This document shows positions 30,544 through 52,519 of a stretch of DNA of 64,000 bases, in pieces. Source of the DNA: the human T2T-CHM13v2.0 reference genome, Homo sapiens. The stretch lies in the NCBI RefSeq assembly GCF_009914755.1, contig NC_060946.1; one strand, written 5' to 3'. Numbering within the stretch: position 1 is the first letter of the stretch; each line of letters begins with the position of its first letter. The notes under the pieces were generated by a model. It was not told the origin of the DNA and did not search any database. It saw nothing but the letters and a program-made list of their open reading frames with translations. The position numbers and the translations under genes are program-made.

Positions 30544-32090
30544 GCACTCCCATCTTCCTCCTGCCGCCCTTCCTCTGCTTCCCTCTTCTTCTTTGCCCTT
30601 TCCCTGCTCTTCCTCCTGGTCCTATGGTTTCTCCTGCTCTGCAGCCCCACTTTTCTCCAACCTCCACCTTCTCTCCTTCCTCTCCTCCTCACTGTCATGT
30701 CCCCAGGGTCAGCTCAATCCCAGATGCAGCCACTCAGCCAGGCCCCAACCTCATCCCCTAGCCTGATGTGGTGGAGGGACGGGCAGCTGGAGCAGGTGGG
30801 CTTATGAAGGTGGACAGACGCTGTCTCTAAGCAGCCTGCGGAGGGCCCTCCTGACCATCTGTATGAGCCTTGGGTTTCAGGGCAACTAGTTCTTGGTGTT
30901 GGAGAGCCGGACTCAGCAGCCAGACTAGTCCCTGGGAAGTGGGCCGGAGTCTGGCAGAAACAGGTAGGAAGCCACAGGGCAGCCCTAAGAGAGGCAGTGA
31001 AAACAGCCCCAAGTCAGGCAGTGGAGCCAGAGGCCCCTGGAGTCAGGCAGGACTGGAGTCAAGTCCCAGATCTCCTACTCATTGACCCTGTGACGGCAGG
31101 CAAATGACCTTACCTCTCTGAGACTCTCTTTCCTCATCTGACCAAGGGCCATACGGGGGTTTTTATTCCATTGCTGATTCTCAGACACCTGGTCACCGAG
31201 CTGACACGAAGTAGTTGCTCAATAAATGACAGCCTAGTTGCCTTTTCGCTCTTCATTCATTCATTGAATAGTGATTGGGGAATCTCTCCCACGCTGCCAC
31301 TGCTCCATGTACCAGAGACACAAAGCAAAGGAGCCTGCCTGTCAAGCCTACCTTGTCACCTGTTGCCAGGGAGTCCTGCTCCCTCCTAGGGCAGCCCCTG
31401 GTTAGTGGAGCTGAGAGAACCCAAGATGCTGAGCCGTGGGGTGTGCATGAGAACTGGGAGGGAGGTTTTATGAAAATCAGGTCCAGGCGCAGCCCCAGGC
31501 CAGGTCAGCTCAGAGGGGGTGGCGGGGGCGGGGCGGGGGGTGGGCAGGCAGGTGAAACTGGAGGAAATTGGAGATACAGCGGGAGGGAGGGGGAAAAGGT
31601 AAAACCTCTCGCCTCCCCCTCAATGCTTACAAAGGTCTGAAGCTTGCTCAAAGCTAATAATTTTAAACCCAAACTCAGACATCAGCCAATACTAAATGTT
31701 TGCAAGGATTGGGGAACAAAAACTCTGAAGCGCTTCTGCAGTGATGTAAATTGGTGCCATCACTTTGCAAAAATTAGAATTTGACAGATTCTAGTAATAT
31801 TGAAGATGCAGAAATCTGGAGACCCAGCTATTTCTTCACTGGGTGTTTACCCTGGAAAATCTCTCCCACATCTGTACCAGGAGATAGGTTCAGGATGCTC
31901 AGAACAGCATTGTCTGCGCTAGCAAAAAACTAGAAATAACCTACATGTCCATGAGAAGGGGAATGAGTAAATAATCAGCATGCAATAATATCATCATGCA
32001 ACAGAGAAAACGGATACACAAGACCTTACATATTCAACACGGGCATAACTCAGAAACATTCCCGGAGGTAAAAAAAGAAAAAAAAAAAAA

Positions 32091-32424
<334 letters not shown>

Positions 32425-32834
32425 TTAAAATGCACATTATCTGTAGTGAGGGATCAGTTTTTGTGTTTCACCTTTTTTGATACCTTATGGACTGAAAAGT
32501 TAGTAGAATACAACAAAAATCAATTATCAGAAATGCAAAATGAAAATACAGCAATCATCCCCAATTTTAAATTTTTTAATTAACAAAACAGACTGTCAAA
32601 TTATTCAAAGTCTTATTTTTTTTAAGAGATGGGGGTGTCTCACTATGTTGCCCAGGCTGGGCTTGAACCCCTGGCCTCAAGAGATCTTCCTGCCTCAGCC
32701 TCCCAAAATGCTGGGATTACAGGGGTGAGTCCACCATGCCCAGCCAAAAGTTTCTAAAGTCTTACTCTCAATTTCTGTGTTTATCTCATCGCAGATTGGT
32801 AACAAACAATTACCACCGACCAGACTTTGAGTAG

Positions 32835-33875
<1,041 letters not shown>

Positions 33876-34974
33876 TTTCCTTTAGCTTATCTGGCAATAG
33901 ACACAAATAAACATAATGTTTGTTTGTTTTTTCAGAAAGATTTAACATAGCTGCTATCCAATTTTCTAAACAAAACGCTAATGATTTTGATATATGAGTT
34001 ACATAATTTTTTCAAAGTATGCACATAGAAAAAAGACTGGAAAACATGCCAGATTATTAAAAATGGTGAGTTTGTGGTCTGGGCCATTTAGGCAATTGTT
34101 ACTGTTTGCTTTGTGCTTTTCTGTTTGTTTGTTTGTTTGTTTTTTTAATTTCCAGGAAGTTTCTCTTTTCATCATCATGAGTCCTCGAAGGGTGCTGTGT
34201 TCGGTCCCTCTCACTCCTGACTGGCACTGACTCTAAAAAATGCCCCATCTGTGAGGAGGCCTTGGAAAGTAGAAGTGGAGATGCAGTCACTGCTCTCGGG
34301 AGAAGCTGAAAACACAGTCACCTGCCCTAGGAGAGGGATTTTCTGCACTTCCTTGGCCATCGCTGGCCTCTGGGGTGTTTCAAGTTTTTCTGGAAAACAG
34401 GATCATTCTGTGTGTGGAGTGAGTCTCAGGACCTTGACATGGGAGGAACAAAACTTTTCTTGCTTTTTTGGTGCACCCTGGGCTGAAATAAGAAAACCAC
34501 CAGGAGTGAGTCTTCAAAGCAGAGTCAACCCAGGTGAGCGGAGTGGTGGGGAGGGTTTAAAAAAAACACAGATGGAGAGGAGCACGTTCTCTCTCTCAGA
34601 TAAGATCTCATCCAGTGGGGAGAACCATGCGTGCTCAGGATGGGATGCCTGCCTCAGAATCCCCTGGAATATGGATTTCCACTCCACCCATCTTCTGCTA
34701 CAGCAATGGAATTGGTTTCTATCAAGGTGAGACTGAGGTGCTGGGCAGGTTGACCATCACCTCCCAAGTGATGAAGCAGCTGGCTGGGGATGTGGATGGG
34801 AAGGAGCTCAGAGGCTGCCCCAAGTTCCTCCCAGCACGAAGCTGAAAAACAGACCCTTCTGCCCCTAAGAGGCTGTCGAGGGCTTCCTGGCTCCCCTTGT
34901 GAGGAAAGAGACTCAGTGAAGCAGGGCTCATATTAGTGAATCCCCAAAGGCATTCCCAGCTGCCCTGAAGCCGC

Positions 34975-35435
34975 GGTTCTCAGTGTGTGAGCCACAAACC
35001 AGCATCACTGGCATCACCTGGGGTCTTGTTAGAAATGCAAGTTCTGATCAGGAGCCGTGGCTGAGGCCTATAATCCCAACACTTTGGGAAACTGAGGTGG
35101 GAGGATCGCTTGAGGCCGGGAATTCGAGACCAGCCTGGACAACATGGTAAGACCCCATCTCTATAAAAAATAAAAAAAAATTAGCTGGGCGTGGTGGTGC
35201 ACAACTGTAGTCCTAGCTACTCAGGAGGCTGAGGTGGGAGGATCACTTGAGCCTAGGAGTTCAAGGCTGCAGTGAGCTATGATTACACCATGGTACTCCA
35301 GCCTGGGCAAAAGAGTGAGAACGGGTCTCAATAAATAAAAAGAAATGCAAGTTCTCAGTCCTACCCTAGATCTACTGAATCACAATTTGGGAGGGAGGGG
35401 TGTCCCAACTGTAAACCCAAGTTTGAGAACCATTG
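34975..35435. mobile_element. MER5A-like MITE with an inserted AluJ (~35046-35345)
   Basis: gcggttctca...tttgagaaccattg; TSD agaaatgcaagttct. Confidence 0.8.
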
Positions 35436-35919
35436 CTTTGCCGAGATAGGGTCTTGCTATGTTGTCCAGGCTGATCTTGAACTCCTGGCCTCAAGTGATC
35501 CTCCTGCCTCAGCCTCCCAAAGTGCTGGGATTATAGGTGTGAGCCATTGCATCTGGCTACCATTGCCTTTGGGTTTTGTATTTCTTTAAATTGTTCGCCT
35601 TTCTGCATCTTTCTTTCATGAAAATAGGTGGGTGATATGTTCATTTTCCAAGACCAGTTTATAGTTAATGCTGTTTCTTCATAAAGTTATTATTATTTTT
35701 TCACTAAAGAAGGCAACATTGAGTGGATTGGGCATAAATTTTCTTTCTCTCCATTAATCCAGGAATTAGGAAACATCAACCAGGTGGCTCACGCTGCCAT
35801 TTCCCGAGATAGCAGTTTCTGTCCAAAAGATTGGTCCACATATTGGCCAAATCCTCCTTTTCTTCCAGGCATACTTTATATTCATCATTATTATATATTC
35901 AGGAGGCAAACTATATTCT

Positions 35920-36215
35920 TCTTTTTAGAGATAGGGTCTCACTCTTGCCCAGGTTGGAGAGCAGTGGTGCCATCACAGCTCACTGAGCCCTGATCTCCTG
36001 AGCTCAGGTGATCCTCCTGGCTCAGCCTCCCATGTAGCTGGGACTACAGGTGTGCACCATCATGCCCGGATAATTTTTTATTTTTATTTTTTATAGAGGT
36101 GGGGTCTTGCTATGTTGCCCAGGCTGGTCTCAAACTCCTGGGCTCAGCTCAAGCAATCTTCCCGTCTTGGTCTCCCAAAGCACTGGGATTATGGGTATGA
36201 GCCACGGCCCCCAGC
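35920..36215 (-). mobile_element. AluJ-like
   Basis: Diverged antisense Alu. Confidence 0.85.
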
Positions 36216-36726
36216 CTTCAATTTTTCTTTAATGTTGGTTTCCCTGTTAGAATGAAAGCTCAGTGAAGCACATCTTGTTCACAATTGCATTACCACCACC
36301 GCGTACCATGACAGGCTCACAGGAGGCATTTATTAAGTGATTGCTGGCTGATGTCCTCACGCTTCCACCTATGACCACCTGTGGCTTATTCCCATTTTCT
36401 AGGGGAGCCCCTGAGGCTCAGAAGGGGGAGATGATTTGCTCAAGGCCATGCTGGTGGAAAATGAAAAAGCTGGGTTTGAACCCAGGGCTCTATCCCACAC
36501 AGGGTGGTCAGTCTCTCTGGCTTTCCTTGCACCACAGCATTCCAAAACCTCCTCCAACCATGCTGGAGGCCTCTCTCCTGGCTGCCCATGGTCACTGCAC
36601 AGCCCTGTGCACAGAGCCTGTCTCTGGTGCTGGGCTGGCGGGAGGTGAAGTTTTTGAAGCTTCCAGTACTGGAAATGTTGGTGGTGGGCAGGGCACCCTG
36701 ACCCCGGCTTTAAAAATAGGAAGCCT

Positions 36727-37207
<481 letters not shown>

Positions 37208-37773
37208 CTAAAACCAAATCTTTGCTCCCCGTCTCGAGCAGGGGAGTTGATTGGTGATAGTCACAGGCATCTGGGAGCCTTGGCAGGGCAGCCCTGAAGG
37301 AGATCCCAAAAGAAGGGTGTATGAGTTCTTCATGCAGCTCTCCTGAACTTCCATCACCCATCTAAGCTAATGAATTTCTGTTAAATTCACACACTTCTCA
37401 CCAATCCCCTGATCCAGGCCCGCATCCTCTCTTGTTCACACAACCCCAGCAGCACTTCTCACAGGTCTGTCTGCACCCCCTCTGTCCCCCTAAAAATCCC
37501 ACGCAGAAGTCAGAGGGATCACAAAATGCAAATCTGATCATGAGACCCTCCTGCTTAAACCTGCCATGGCTCCCCTTCACCCTCTGGATACAAATCCTAA
37601 TTACTAACTCACAAGACCTGTGTGGACCAGCCCTTGCTTTGTCTCTTTAGCTTCCTACCATGTATATAAACTTTTTTTTCTGTCCTGTGTACCCTTGATG
37701 AGTCCTCCAGCCACAGGACTCTGGCACATGCTGTTTTCTCTTCCTGAAACATATTTTCCCCCAGTTTGCCTAA

Positions 37774-38106
<333 letters not shown>

Positions 38107-38935
38107 GTAAGTATCCCTCTTATGCAGTCTTCAGATCTCAGCCCAGCATCCTCCGTGGCTTCCATGGCCAGGCCAGTCCTCTGATGTGCAATTTTCTGCT
38201 TTGCTCACCTCTCTTTGGAAGCCCTAATCACACATGTTGCTCTATATGTATTTGTTTAGTTCTTTGATTTCATTTCCATCTCTTTTCCTAGGCTCTATGA
38301 GGGCAAGGGCCAGGCCTGATTTTGCATTCAATATATCCACAGAGCACAGTATATAGTTGAGGCTTGATAGGTATTTATTGAATGAATGAAAGATCAAATG
38401 AATGAATGAGTAGTCAAACCCAGAGACTAGGACTTGACCAACAGGAAAGACTCCTTAGAATTAGTCACTTCCAAGCACGAAGCCATGGAGACACCTGTCA
38501 TTGTAATGAAAATCAAGCACTCGGATAAAAAGCTTGTCTTGTTCTCTCAACATGTGCCGATTTCTTCATCTGAAAACAACTCTCATTGTTCAGGCACAAA
38601 TGCTTCCCTCTCCTCGAGTTAGTGACCACCCCCATTCCTCCCTTCCAGAGCACAGACTCCAGAATCTGTTACAATAACTCTTCAGAACTGCGTGTTTTAA
38701 CCAACCTTGTCTCAACATTCTCATCTGGAAACAGGGTGCATGTGGCTTGCTTGGCAGGAGATGTGGCCTACAAAGTGATGAATCCATAGCCTGGTGCCCA
38801 GCTGCTGCATAAAAACATAATTTCTCCATTTTTAAACTTGTAATGCTTCCTCCTACTTTGGGTACCACCAGAACGCTCCAAGCATCTCAGTCTAGAGAGT
38901 GTAAAGAAAAGTATCCAATAAATGCTTTCATTCTA

Positions 38936-39395
38936 GGCAGGGCTACTCATTCTCAACTTCACCATTTTTTTTTTTGAGACAGGGTCTCACATCACCTAGG
39001 CTGGGGTACAGTGGCACCATCAGGGTTCACTGCAGCCTCAACCTCCCTGGGCTCAGGTGATCCTCCTGCCTCAACCTCCTGAGTCTCTGAGACCACAGAT
39101 GGACCACCACGCCTTGCTAACTTTTTTATTTTTTGTAGAGATGGTGTTTCTCCATGTTGGCCAGGCTCATCTTGAATTCCTGAGCTCAAGCGATCTGCCC
39201 TCCTCGGCCTCGCAATCAACTTCACTCCTCTTGATGTGTGGTGGGGGCTGCCCTGTGCACTGCAGGATATTAAATGCACCCCTGGCCTCTACCAGCCAGT
39301 TGGCCAGTAGCAACCCCCAACACGTGATGACCAAAAATGTGCCCAAACATTGGCAAGTATCGCCTGGGAGCAAAATCACCCCAGGTTGAAAACTG
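38936..39395. mobile_element. MER20-like MITE with an inserted antisense Alu (~38965-39212)
   Basis: gggggctgccctgtgcactgcagg..accaaaaatgt..ggttgaaaactg. Confidence 0.75.
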
Positions 39396-39761
39396 TAGGG
39401 AATTAGGGATATTCATACTAGGGATAAGGACATTTCCAAAGAGGATAGTGGATGGGGTCACTAATGGGATTTCCAGCAGGATTGCAGACAGGGAGGTGAA
39501 AATTTAGGACAAATCATGCAAAGTAGGTGTTTGCCTCCACCTTCTACATGAGACAGACTCAGATAAACGGTTAGGGATGAAGGGGATGAAGTCTCCCATT
39601 TTATAGATGGGGAAGTAGAGGTCCACAGGGAAGGGCTTTGTTATCTGGCAAGCAGTGAGACCTGGGTGCCTAAAACACACCCGTACAAATGCATATGCAT
39701 GTAGTATGTGCATATGTATTAGATAAATATTTGACATGTATTATATGTAGCAACTCTATTA

Positions 39762-40166
<405 letters not shown>

Positions 40167-40257
40167 TTAGTTCAGGGAGGAGAAAGTGGGGGGAATTTGG
40201 GGTGTATTTACTACCCGCAGTATTCCTATTTTGTGTGTTACAATCCATTACTACTAT

Positions 40258-41735
40258 CAGGGCTAGCTGCATAATTTGTGGGGCCCAGCACAAATGAAAA
40301 TGCAGGGCCCGGGGTGGGGACAAGGAAGCTAATTTCCTCTTCTCATAAACTGGATTTTCCATTTGATGCAAAGGGACAATGCCCAGGGAACTGTACCCTC
40401 CATGCTGGTTTGTTCTGGATTGTTGGATGGCACTGGTAAGAGGCCCTAGCTGAATGGCCTGCAGAATGTGCTGTGCTACTGTCAGATTAGTGGAGGGAAA
40501 CTGCCTTCTTGATCACCCCATGGTGCTATGAAAGTTGCAGATACAGGATAAAGTCCACTCTACTCAGACCCAGACAAATTGGAGCCAGGAGAGCACAAAG
40601 GAGAGGAGCTCATCCTTGCATGTCTAAAGCTAAAAGCTGTTTCCAGGCAATAACCCACAAGAAATTCTCTCATCTCCTTCATGCATCTTATGCTTTGCAC
40701 GGCTTGCATGTTTCACACACATGCACATATTTCTGTGAAACGATTTCTTTTTTTTGTTTTTTTGAGACGGAGTCTTGCTTGGTCGCCCAGGCTGGAGTGC
40801 GGTGGCACGATCTTGGCTCACTTCAAGCTCTGCCTTCTGGGTTCACGCCATTCTCCTGCCTCAGCCTCCTGAGTAGCCACACCAGCACGCCTGGCTGATT
40901 TTTTGTATTTTTAGTAGAGACGGGGTTTCACGGTGTTAGCCAGGATGGTCTCGATCTCCTGACCTCGTGTCCGCCCGCCTTGGCCTCCCAAAGTGCTGGG
41001 ATTACAGGCGTGAGCCACTGCGCGGAGCCACGATTTCATACTAGACATTTTTTAGGACTGCAGAAATTCAGATAAGATGATCTCAAAAGAAGACTTGCCT
41101 GATAATGGCTTCTGTACCAGTGATCTACTACTAACTCTGGCTTTGAGCCTCTGGTACCAATAAACTGTTTCTAAGCAGCTTACATGAACTTCTCACTTTT
41201 ACCGATAAAGGCTTCCCTTTACCCTCCCCTCTTTGGATGCATCTGTGGCTTGCTATAACTGTGCATCCCAGGTTATTATCCTTTTTACTTACTCACAGAT
41301 AAAATAGTTATGAGATTTTTTTTTTGATGGCTTATTTTTAGGTTGACAGTGCCCTGGCATATGGGCCCAGCCCTGAACCCTCCTGCACCTATCCATGCCT
41401 AGGCTTCTGCCAGGGTGGAAGGTGATGACAAAACGTGGGCCTCCCCCAGCCAAGGTGACCCAGTCACTGCTCTGAAGCAAGGAAGGGAATGCAAAGCCAG
41501 GCAGGGACCACGGGACCGGGGGTAGGGAGTGGGCATCAACAGGCCTCAGATCCATGTGTCATCAGAGGCTCCAGGCTCTCAGCATGCTCCATTGTGCCAT
41601 CAGACTTCACCTAGAAACCACAAATTCAAAGGTAAAATGATAAAGGGTTTTAAGGCAGGGACTGTACATTATTAAAATTCTGAGCGCCAAGTCCTGTGTG
41701 ACTCTATTGGTTGCAGGCCCACAAAGCCAGCCCTG
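40258..41735 (+). mobile_element. MER45-like hAT element containing an ERV LTR (LTR47-like, 40527-41348), which in turn contains an AluY (40747-41029)
   Basis: cagggc../..gccctg termini; LTR ends aggttgaca with GTGC flanks; Alu TSD acgatttc. Confidence 0.65.
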
Positions 41736-42184
41736 ACGAACACTATTAATTTTGATGTTCAAATTGTCCCAGATCTGGCTAGTGGGAACCCCTTCAAGCT
41801 GGTTCCTGTGTCCTTTTTTTTTTCTTTTTAAATAAATGTTTCAAGTATAGAAAGTAATGTTTAAAATTACCCAATTTTATCCAATTATCCAAAAGTTGTG
41901 TTCAGTTGAACAAATGTAAAGCAAGACTTTTGAAAAAAAAAGTTTACAATTAGATATAAAATGCTTAATAATACACTTTGACATTCACAGTGGGTGTTTT
42001 TGAAAAATGAATTTTGCTAATGTAGCTTAAAAGCAAAATTATAATCTCATTGAAAATAAATAAGCCTTTAACTGAGGAATAGTCCTCCCTCAGGATGCAT
42101 CCTGTGTCCTTTGCATGCCACTGTCATTTTCTGAGCACTCTTTTACTTTCTGGCTCATCTTTCTCCTTCCCAGACCAAGTTTTG

Positions 42185-42836
<652 letters not shown>

Positions 42837-42929
42837 CTACTCTATATATATTTCACCCACTGTATATATTTCACCCACTCTGGCCTGGGTGAAAGAGCAA
42901 AACTCTGTCCCAAATATATATATATGTTC

Positions 42930-45810
<2,881 letters not shown>

Positions 45811-45853
45811 TTGGTTCCTTTTGTTGGAAAGGAATATTAAGAAATCAAGATCA

Positions 45854-46155
<302 letters not shown>

Positions 46156-46438
46156 TCAAGATCCAGGTGCTAAGTGTACTCATAACTACTTTGATATAAT
46201 TGCTTCTAGGACCTCTTAGCAGACAGAGCTAGATAATACATACATACACACATACATATATCTATTTCTATATATTAAAAGCCATGAATTTTTACTGATT
46301 CCTCCAACTTTAATTCTATTAGGAATACTGGAGGCGGAACTCTGCATGTTGCAAGCGGCAGTATCAGAAAAGCCCCAGGGTGGGAGGCAAGAGGTATACT
46401 CTGATCGATTCTGTGGCTGGAGTAAGAAGTGGCACTAG

Positions 46439-47229
<791 letters not shown>

Positions 47230-49348
47230 TGACATTGGGTGGACTTTTCAAACTGGGATCCTGATGTTCCACCAATTGTGTTTAGAGTGTAGCATCAAAC
47301 TTATTCCATACAGCATTTTGATTACAATGTTGCACTGAATTTTGGAGATGCAAATATAATTTCTCCTATGTTAACATCAACATACATTGAGAGATACATT
47401 TGTTTCATGATGTTTGGGTATGAAAATCCAAGGGGCATTCTACCAGGAAATGCTAATTAGGAACTTTCTGAGGGATATGCATACATGTATGAAAATACCT
47501 ATGTGGCCATTATTGTAATTTGTTAAATATAAAGTAAAACTGTTGACAATGTTCAGCTAAATATTGCATCATGTCTGTTAAAAGTGCAAGCTTTTGATAA
47601 CTTCATTACATCTTCTAGTGGAGTTGGGTGTGAATATTTATATATCAAAAATATATTTTTATTATAAATCTATTTTCTTTCTTCTTTGTATCACAGAGAG
47701 GGCACTATATTGGTTTTCTATTAAACTGTAGGGTAGGTAGATTATATTATCTGTGAATTTCATTTCAGAATTCATGACCTGATAGATTGTTATAGAAAGA
47801 TGTTAGGCCTAGTAGTGTTGACACCCCCGATTAAAACAGACCTGGTGATGTATCTATCCCAAGCTCTAAACCACTACGTTGGCCTAAGCCTGTTAGGCTA
47901 ACAGTGTGAAATTAAAATTAAATAAACTCTTTCATTTTACAGGTCAGTAAGTGCATTTTAAAAAGCTAATTAGAGTTGGTATTTCTTTTTCAACTGGGCA
48001 CATCCTGAATCATACAATTATAGATTATTATATTATTATAGATTATTATATTACAATTATACAATTACTGTTTGCTTTCTGTTTCCATGGGCTTTCTTCT
48101 TTCACAGTCAAGGCTGTGAGCTCTTTTAGAGCAAAAATTCCATCTCGTCCAGGTCATGGCTTTCCCCATATTGTAACCAGAAGAGTGTGTGTTTTGAGGA
48201 TTTAAATTTATTGATCATCTCTTATGTGTTCAAGGTCTGGGTCACATTCATTCTTAGTATCTGTTGTGCACCCACCTGTGCCAGGGACACTGCTAGGCAC
48301 TTTGCAGATATGATCTCCCTGAACACTTCAAACAACTCTTTGCTATATAGGTATTATTATCTGGTATTGCAGACATGGGAAAGAAGTTCTGAGAAAACAC
48401 TTGTCCAAGGTTGTACCAGGCAAGGAGCAAAGTCAAGATCAACCCCAGCTGGGGTAGGAGGATCGCTTGAGCCCAGGAGTTCAAGGGTATATTGAGCTAT
48501 GATCACACCACTGTACTGCAGCTTGACCCCAAGTCTGTCTGACTGTACAGCCCATGATAGGTAGCTATTGTTCTCCCTGTTTGCAAACAGTGCTGAGTAC
48601 AGCATAGTAATGAGGAAGATGGGCAAATAATTTAGCCTTTTTGAGCCTCAGTTTCTTCATCAGTCTGCAAATGGGGCAATTAGTAGCTCTGCCATGGAGT
48701 GGGTGTGAGGATTCAGTGGGAATAGTGTCAATCGCTTAGCATCTGCTTGTGTTTAACCAGCCATAAACAAAAGTTCATTTCCTCCCTCTTCCTTCCCAGT
48801 GGGAAATTTTACTCAACTGTGGTTCAGTAAATAGCCTTGGAGATGTTACTTCTCACTGAGCCCCAGGAATATATAATTGTCCTAAAATCAAAATCATAGT
48901 TTTAAAAAAACACTCAAACTGCACCCCTTCTCCCCAAACACGTTCCTGGGCATTGCAATGGGGATGAAATTCTGATCTCTAAGTGGATGGTGTTTCCTGA
49001 TATTTTGTTTGCAAATGTCCTCAGGTTGTTACTGTCAGACACTAAGGTGCAGTTATGAATTAGTCCATGAGAGACCCTGGGGGAGAAAAGATTCTAGACC
49101 CTGGGGAAGAAATGAAATGATCCTTGACCACCAGCCACTTGGCTCCACCCTGCCTTGACTCTGGCAGTCCAAGGACACAGTGGCCACTACATTTCTCTAG
49201 CTGCCCCTTATCCCACTCTGCCACCTGTGATAAAAGATACTGGATAGATTTCAGCAATTTCATGTGCAAATGGATGTAGCATGATTATAGTTGTTCATAG
49301 AGTGGCCTCATCAGTGTCTTTTTATAGGTGGGCTTGAAGTGAGGTTGA

Positions 49349-50079
49349 TTTTTTTTTTAGAGACAGGGTCTTGCTCTGTTGCCCAGGCTGGAGTATAATG
49401 GCATGATCATAACTCACTGCCACCTCAAACTCCTGGGCTCAAGCAATGCTCCTGACTCGGCCTCCCAAGTAGCTAGGACTACAGGTGTGTACCACCACAC
49501 CCAGCTAATTTTTAAACTTTTGGCAGAGACAGAGTCTCAGTATGTTGCCCAGGCTGGTCTTGAACTCCTGGGCTCAAGCAATGCTCTTGCCTCTGCCTCC
49601 CACGTAGCTAGGACTACAGGTGCATGCCATGATGCCCAGCTGATTTTTAAATTTTTGGTAGAGACAGAGTGTCACTAAGTTGCCCAGGCTGGTCTTGAAC
49701 TCCTGGACTCAAACAATCTTCCTGCATCTGCCTCTCAAAGTGCTGCAATTACAGGCATCGGCCACTACATTTGGGCCTAGATTTTTTTTTTTTTTTTTTG
49801 ATGGAGTCTCACTCTCTCTCTCAGGCTGGAGTGTGATGGCGTGACCTCAGCTCACTACAACCTCCACCTCCCGGTTCAAGCAATTCTGCCTCAGCCTCCC
49901 GAGTAGCTGGGATTACAGGTGCCCGCCACCACCACGCCTGGCTAATTTTTTGTATTTTTAGTAGAAACGAGGTTTCACCAAGTTGGCCAGTTTGGTCTTG
50001 AACTCATGACCTCAAGTGATCCACATGCCTTGGCCTCCCAAAGTGCTGGAATTACAGGTGTGAGCCACCGCGTCTGGCC
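49349..50079 (-). mobile_element. Trimeric AluJ-like element (~49349-49777) followed by an AluS (~49782-50079)
   Basis: aactcctgg recurs at 49428, 49563 and 49698 (135-bp period). Confidence 0.85.
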
Positions 50080-51417
50080 TAGAGTTTATTTATTTATTAT
50101 TATTATTAAAGGAGAATATTTGTCCCCAGAAAAATCCTGAAGCCCTATCAGTCATCCAGACCCAAAAGGCCATATAACTGCCCATTTTGCAACCTTCATT
50201 CCATGATTTTAGTACCCAAAGACATGAATAAGTCACATTAGACACCCATCCCCCCGGCTTCTCTAAAATGGGAATTGAGCAACTAGAGGAGGAGTAGAGA
50301 TTGTGTTTCAAACACAGGGATCTCAGCCCTGGCTGCACATTAGGATCACCTGGGGAGCTCTGAACAATCCCAATGCCAGCTCTGCACCCAGCTCGTGAGG
50401 TCAGATGCTCTGGTTGGGGCCGGGTACCAGTGTGGTCAGGCTCTTTGGGAGTTTCATATGTACAGTAAAATCAAAGAACCACTGCCTGCAAACAAGTGGG
50501 TGGATGGGATGCTCACAGAGTGTCTTCTTAGCTTTGTGGGACAGGACGGGCATTTTTTTGAGAAGTCATATGGAAAAAAAAACATCAAAACTCACGTAGA
50601 CTCCCAATTATCTTCTCCCCATTCTAAACCACATTGATTTGTCTGAATATTTATTCAGGTATTTGCAACTGTGTATACTGAATGTGTGTTGGATTACAGA
50701 CACTGTTCTAAGCACCAGGGATGCAGCAGGAGGGCCGGCAGTCAGGACCCCTGAGCTCATGGATCTGGCTTTGTGGCAAGGGGTAATATGGAAAGCAGTT
50801 GATGTCAAAATGCATTGTTTACTCTTGAGATGAAGGCAGTGACAAAGGTGTGAAAGAGGATAAGAGAACAGGGGCTGGCTTGGGTAGGAGAGGTGGTGAT
50901 CAGGGAAGACTTCTCTAAAAAAGAGACTCTGAACTGGGCTCAAAAAGTGAAGGCCAAGGGGTGGGGTGAGGCATCTGGGAAGAGAAAGCCAGATTTTTCT
51001 GTGGCTCTGTCCCCTCCTGCCATCATCTCACTGCTTGAAACTGGCAACCAAATGATCTGCCTAACACATCCTGATTTCATTTCATAGCCCGTATATGCAA
51101 ACTTTAGATCACATACTCATCACCTGTCATCAAGATTATATGCTAAATCCTCACCTATGGTGCTGGGATCAGCTCAGCTCAGCTCATTGGAGTCTCTGAA
51201 TTGCTGTCTGTAGATATTGCAAAATATTCTCTTTTTTTTGTCTTGGTTTCCTGTATTTCTGGCCATTGTCCTTGAGTCCTGATATATCCTTACATCCAGC
51301 TTTTCATTCTGACTCCCTGATATTATCCATCCATCCATCCACCCATCCATATACATATATATACATACATACATCCTCTCGTCTACCAATCTATCTATCC
51401 TCCATCCATACAACTGT

Positions 51418-51690
51418 TGTAACCAAGCAAGTTATAGAGAAACGCCACACTTTGAGACTAATTCAGGAGTCCTTTATTAGCCGGTAACCAAGAGACGGCT
51501 AGCGCTGAAAATTCTCTCGGCCCCGAAGAAGGGGCTAGATTTTCTTTTATACTTTGGTTTAGAAAGGGGAGGGGGAATTGAGCTGAAGCAATCTCACAGA
51601 AGTAAAACAGGCAAAGAAATTAAAAAGACAAATGGTTACAGGAAAACAAACAGTTCCAGGTGCCTTAAATTCATCACAAGGTCACAGGTG
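51418..51690 (-). mobile_element. Truncated ERV LTR (LTR6-like)
   Basis: tgtaacc..agagaaacgccacactttgagac..tcctttattagccgg..attctctcggccccga. Confidence 0.6.
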
Positions 51691-52185
51691 GTAAATTTAC
51701 AATGATATTGACCTTCAATACCCAAAGTAAGCCCTTTAAATTGACATTTGCCAAAGGCTCCACTCGAATTTCATGTAATACAAAAGCCACCGGGGGAGTG
51801 GAATGGAAAAAGTAGATTCTGGGTCAATTCTGCATTGACAGCATGAACTGGAAAATCTTAAGAACAATTGAGAATATCAGAGAATTTTTGTTCGATAGAG
51901 AAACAAGAACTGGCACTTCTATTGCTGATACCCCTCTAGCCTCAGGGTACCTTTCAAGGGTGTGACCCAGCTATATTTGTGACTTCTTGTCATATTTGCC
52001 TTTCCAAATTCAGAGAGGCAAGTATGGAGATGGAAAGATATCATGGGTTTTGGGTTAAGTCCTGTGTTTGATATCAGCCTCATCTCCTAGTTGCTGGGCG
52101 ACAATGGGCACATTAGTGAATCTCTTTGAGCCTCACAGAATTTGTCATGAGGTTTTGAGGGTTAGAAGAAATGGTGTACATTGCT

Positions 52186-52519
<334 letters not shown>

